Source: Spirogloea muscicola
Taxonomy: Eukaryota
Reading direction: 5' to 3'
Length of the DNA: 49,266 nt
Assembly: GCA_009602725.1 (NCBI GenBank)
Contig: WELB01000015.1
Coordinates: forward strand, 1,201,737-1,251,002
The notes under the pieces are model-generated. The model saw only the letters and a program-made list of their open reading frames with translations. It ran no database searches and had not been told where the DNA came from. Both the position numbers and the translations under genes were made by a program. Each line of letters starts with the position of its first letter. Position 1 is the stretch's first letter. Below, piece by piece: positions 44,186-49,266 of the stretch.

Positions 44186-46745
44186 NNNNNNNNNNNNNNN
44201 NNNNNNNNNNNNNNNNNNNNNNCGCGGCGGCGAGCGCGGCGCGAGGCGCGGCGGCGAGCGCGGCGCGAGACGCGGAGGCGGCAGCTGCAGGGGAGAGGGG
44301 CGCAGTGGAGGGCCTGAGCAGCCGAGTATCACGAGTATCACGTGTTGTTTCCCACTGGGCTGGCTGATCACAGCCATCGCCCTCTACTGGAAGCGTCTTC
44401 CTACATCGCGGAAGCTCCTCCAATACCTCGGAAAGCTGTGCCACAAGGCCAGCTCAAAGAAGATAGACGTAGCGTAGCAGCTTCTTGCTCAGAGGGCGCG
44501 ACGGATGAGAGAGAAGCCGGCCTAGCGCAGTACCTGCAGCTACTCAGGTAGTGCAGAAGCAAGCACATCCTGCAGCCTATGCCGCCTCCTGCTATGCTGA
44601 TCTGCATAGAAAGAAAGAAAGAAAGAAAGAAGTGGCATAGCGGGAGCCGCAAGTCAGCCTGTTGAATAGATGAAGAAGCCTGTTGTAGAGGTCGCTGGTT
44701 GATGCAGGTTCCAAGACCCCTGCCTTTCGGACGAACGTGAATGCCTTCCTGGCGAGCTGCTTGGCCCTCCACTGATCTCGTCCCCTTGCACAGCACAGGA
44801 GCGGGCAGCCAGCTTGCTTTTTCTGGCAAGCTTCTCCTCTGCCGTAGCAGTAAGCGTCTGAGACCTTGTCAAGCTGCATGAGGTGCATGCCTAAGAAAAG
44901 CTGGTCACATAGTTGGGTCCTTTCAGAATACAGGAGTACTGGCCACTGTAATCGGGGTCCAGTTACTCCGAAAGCAACCAGCAGGCGCCGGGTCTCACAA
45001 CAAGGCAGGTATAGGCAGTCTCACTTCCACTTCTGATCCTAGAAATGCCAGGCTGAGTCTCCGATTTACAGGTGTCCTTCTCCCCCGGTGCCATCCAACA
45101 AGGTACTCGATTTCTTATTTGCTCTGGTGGATTCGGCCCTCGTGCCGACCAAGCAAACGTGAAATGATTTAATCAGGAGAAGGCTTCTCCAGAAGGAGGC
45201 GGATACACACTCCCTTTTCCTGGCCGCCTTGCCTACTTTTGCCGCGCCCAAGAGTCGTCAAGACTTAAGTCTTCCATATGCTGCTACTTCTGTGCTGGTT
45301 TCCATGTATTATATCGAAGATGGCCTGCGATGCGGGCAGCCCCCCCGTCCCTTGCGGCCGCACCAGCCCAACGCTCGGCAGCTTCTTCAACCTGTCCGCG
45401 CTCGTCTTCGGCTGCAGCGCCATGGGGCACATGCATATTTCCTGTATTCCTGCTCACATTCTCCATTCGAAAGCCCCACGCTGCTCGCCCTGATCGTGTC
45501 GACTTGTGGCTGCTAGCCGCATACCCTGATATGACTTCCTACAGCCTCTTCGGGCTTCTCATCCTGCTACTCTGAATTGTGCTGAACTTCTCTATCCACA
45601 ATGTGCCCCTGGACAGCTAGTCCTTCCCCTTTTGCATACCTGAGCAGCCCATGAGCCCAGACCTCGGCCAGAAGTTATCACGTAGTCCTCAAGTCATGTC
45701 ACCTATTGTAGCCCTCTTTAGCAGCTGGATGCTTACAAGCTCACCCTTGCTGTAGGATGCCCTCTCAAAGAGAGCAATGGTCTCGCTGTCTGCTGTCGAA
45801 CAGGCCTTAAAGAGCTGGAAACGTTCACGTCTCCCCAGAGCGCCTTCATATCCCCAATTGCACGATGCAGTGCAGATGAGGCATGGTGTGCATCACGAGC
45901 GCAAGCTCTGCTCAAATTAATCAGACTGGACACTTGAGGAGATTCATTCATCTTGCAAAGTGCATTTTACGCGAGCCACGACTGCTGGGGGGGCAATTCC
46001 GGTCATCCCATCTTCCTTAGGAACTGTACATGATTTCGCCCTCAACCTCATTGCACCCTTCTTTCACGGCCACCGCTTCCTTGTGGGAAACCTTCGCTTT
46101 CTTTGCTCTGCCATCTCTTCGCCTGCTTAGGACCTTGCTCATTTTCACGTGGGCTTGCCTCTCACAGCTATAGCCCCCTTCTGAAAGAGCACCTTCATCG
46201 AGAGAAAGACTCTTCCAGTTGAGGGCGATGGCGTTGATTGGCGAGCCCAGGAAAAAGGGGGTTGATATGTCCAAGCTTGCGGGGGAGCCGCACAGCTCAG
46301 ATGGCCTGCCTAACGTAAAGACCACGAGACGGGCGCCCCCCCGTCCCATGAAGGACGTGGCGTGTGCCGGTGGGCCGCTGGCCCCCACATGGCCCAGGCA
46401 GGCACCACGTGGGGCCTACTCGCGCACCGTGGTTTGGATCTTGCCAAGTGCTGCTAGCCAGGTGGGCGCCCGGCTGGCCTCGCACGCCTGTTGGGCAGCC
46501 TCTGCTCTGCTCCCCAACCTCCTTGCCACTTGTTCTGCTGCACAAGTCCGCAATCTCTCGTGTTGGGCCTTTTCCCACTAAACCGTGTCCATCTCTTGTT
46601 GGGCTGGTGTCTTATCCACATCGTTCTTCTCTGTGCCGAAGTTCCACTTAAGCTGGTGTCAGAGCTCCTGGTGAACGGAGTGCCATTACAACCATCCGCA
46701 CCCCAGGGCAACCCATACTTGTCACCAGCGCGCTCCAGTGCCAGC

Positions 46746-47762
46746 ATGCAGCAGCTGACGGCTGCCATGGCTGCTTGCCACCCAACTCTGCCGGCGAGAA
46801 CACAGTGCCCACCGAGCTGGGCATTGCCTGCTGCGCTGCCATGTCACCGTGCCTGCAGGCCCCGCGCTCTGGCCGTTGTTACGCCCAGGCTGGCTACCTC
46901 CGGAGCGGTTGGCGCCCCTTCGCACTCTGTGCTGCCGCTTCCTACTTTCGCTGCGTGTAGTCAATATCCTGGCCAGGTACTTGCAGTGCAGGTCTAGCTT
47001 GCCAGCAATTTCTGTCGAGTCATTTCTGTGTCCTGGCGCCTTTTGTAACTATAGCGGGCGACAACAGTGGCAGGCCGCCAGTAGAGCGCAGCAGCTGCGC
47101 CAAAGTGGCAAGGTGTGCGCCGCCAAGTCGTTTGAGGCCCAGACAACGGGCTCGGAGCAAGCTGTGCTCGTGGAATTCTACCACGCGAAGTACGCCCTCT
47201 GCGGCCAGCACGGCCCAACCCACCACCACCTTATTGTGCCCGTAGCAGTGGCCTCCCATAGCTTAGGGGGCTATCATCAGCTTGCTGGAGAGGTGTGCGG
47301 CGTGCATGTGCATGGACAGGTCCGCAGATGCAACCGCCCTGACTTCAGCTGTGACGAACTTGGCGGAGCGCTTCAAGGACCAACTCTCTGTGGTGACCCA
47401 CCGTCCACTCCACTTGCCCCATTTGTCCACGGGCCGTGCCGGGGGCCTTCCTGAAGGTCGTCGGTGCTGGTCTGTGATGTCATCCAGGTCAAGGTTGACA
47501 CATTTGAGGACCCAGATACCACCTCGCAATATGAAGTGTCAAACATCCCCCAATTCTTGCTTTTCAAGAAAGGGCAACTTGTGGAGCGAATGGTGAGCAA
47601 TGCCTGCATTCTCACCACTGCCGTCACTTCAATATCGCCACAGCAATGCAAGCATGTCTTTTGGCGGTTGTGGTTGCCGCCATATTCAGGCGTACATGTT
47701 GCCATGTGCAGAGTGACTTCAGCCTGGTGGAGGAGGCGATCAAGACACACACCAGCCTGTAA
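46746..47762 (+). CDS. Thioredoxin-y-like protein lacking the CxxC active site
   Basis: KSFEAQTTGSEQAVLVEFYHAK|SADATALTSAVTNLAERFKDQLSV|VKVDTFEDPDTTSQYEVSNIPQFLLFKKGQLVERM|SDFSLVEEAIKTHTSL*. Exons 47320-47392 (73 nt) and 47488-47592 (105 nt) have the same sizes and phases as in TRXy. The N-terminal exon and start (46746 or 46767) are tentative. Confidence 0.8.
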
Positions 47763-49159
47763 GCTGGTTAACCAGCTTAGTCATCAATGAGGCAAGAATT
47801 TTGTGCAACTATCCTAGAATCATGTGGACGGCAATCACTTGTCAATCACAAGGAGTGTGTATCATGGCAGCTATGCATTGGCAACAATCAATAGTACATC
47901 TGATGCTGCATTCAAATCGGTCTATCATGCACTTAGCATGGTCGACTACCACATGCGTGAGATATGTCAGCGTGAGGTGTTGCAAATGTCCACAAAGGTC
48001 GTTCAAGTTTCAGACAAAGGTAGTGAGTGTTCTCTTTCATATGCTGTAGAAGAAATTACGCTGTAACGAGATTACGCTGCCGCTATCATCAGAGCTACTT
48101 TCACTTTGCACCTCATGCGAAATGTCCACACTATCCAGATCCACAAATTTCCACTACTTCTTCATTTTTGTAACCTTGTCCTTCTGCTGTAGTAGTGGCA
48201 CGGACGGCAAATGCATCACCGTGCCGCTCTGCAACAGGCTGCACAACGTGATATTTCCATCCCTTCAGAGAAGCAGCCGTGGCCTACAGATAATTGAAAC
48301 AGCTTGAGGCAATAGAGAAGTGAACTTGTACTAAGCCTCCTTTGTACAACGGTCAGTGACAGGGTTTGCAGATAGCCTGGTGAACGAGTGCTCATTCGGT
48401 GGAGCGGTGGCAGGCTTAAAACGCTTGAAGGGCATGAGATATGGCAGTGTCCACTCCACCTCTCGCTGCTCATTGCCACAGGGTCTGTGCCATAGCACAT
48501 CTATGGGTAGGGCCGCATGAGGTGGCTGACGTTTCCAGCGTCCATAAAATTGCCTTTCTGAAGGCATGGATCTCTTCACTATGCAACACCGTCTCAGCAC
48601 ACCTGACGTCACCTGCAGGGACAGTAGTGACCTTGCAATGAACCAGAGTATAGCACATTGACCAAGAGCATTCCAATACCTGCCCCGTTCTGAACGGGTG
48701 TGATCCTCCGTTAGTGAAGAATATCATCTGTACAAGTTCAAGGCCAGGCCAGCTACCTAAGGGCGGGTAGGTCGCTTATGTTGGGTCAGTCTTGCGTCGT
48801 CGCGCTATCTGCAGGGCCCTCGTATCTCCTTGGTATCAACATCATGTCTGCCCGGAGCTTTACCTGCTCGTCATGCCTTGCAGCAGGAGGGGAAGGGTAC
48901 ATGAAGAATACCATATAAGCCACGACGGTGCTGTCATGGCCTTGTTCCCAAGCTCATGCGCACCGCGCGCCTTCTCTCTCTGTTCTTGAGCTACTGAAGT
49001 TCTGTCGACGAAGTGGAGTCAGAATTAGTAGAGGGCGGAAAGGCGTCGCCATGACGGAACCCCCGGAGGCAGCAGCCGAGGCACGACCTGCACAAAAGTG
49101 GACGGAGCCGCCATCGGGACTGCCGCTCCGGAGGCTGCCCAGCGCCAGCTCGTGCCTGG

Positions 49160-49266
49160 GAAGAAGAAGTGGCACTCCCAATGGGGGCAAGGGCTGCAGA
49201 AAGCCAGAGCCTGGGACGGAGAAAGAAGTGGCACTCCCAATGGGGGCAAGGGCTGCGAAAAGCCAG
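49160..49266. repeat. Two tandem copies of the dispersed repeat module also found at 30611-30655 (runs off window)
   Basis: aagtggcactcccaatgggggcaagggctgc occurs at ~49167 and ~49226. The second copy matches 30613-30653 exactly through gaaaagccag. Confidence 0.9.

Overview
Eukaryotic, gene-dense and intron-rich nuclear DNA, most likely from a green alga or early-diverging streptophyte. This is inferred from a land-plant-like gene set plus HSP33 and TTTAGGG-like motifs. The window has five assembly gaps, four of them in very GC-rich 5' gene ends. Genes in order: PEX16 (+, 5' end outside window), renalase-like FAD oxidoreductase (-), RluB/SVR1-type pseudouridine synthase (-), a truncated EGF-repeat fragment (+), ATX3/4/5-type H3K4 methyltransferase (+), an 11-exon class A beta-lactamase/PBP-like gene (+), a Zn/Cd P1B-2 ATPase (-) head-to-head with a Cu P1B-1 ATPase (+), HSP33 (-), thioredoxin y (+), mitochondrial-type NFU (-) and a thioredoxin-y paralog lacking both active-site cysteines (+). 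The two ATPases are separated by an inverted-repeat element containing a retrotransposon endonuclease fragment. The most striking item is the spliced class A beta-lactamase-family gene, which keeps SxxK/SDN/KTG, has Gln at the Glu166 position and carries a ~70 aa omega-loop insertion. Next are the His/Cys-rich N-terminal extension of the Zn/Cd pump, the cysteine-less thioredoxin, and telomere-like tracts in introns. All exon models were assembled by hand from splice signals and reading frame, and no database searches were run.
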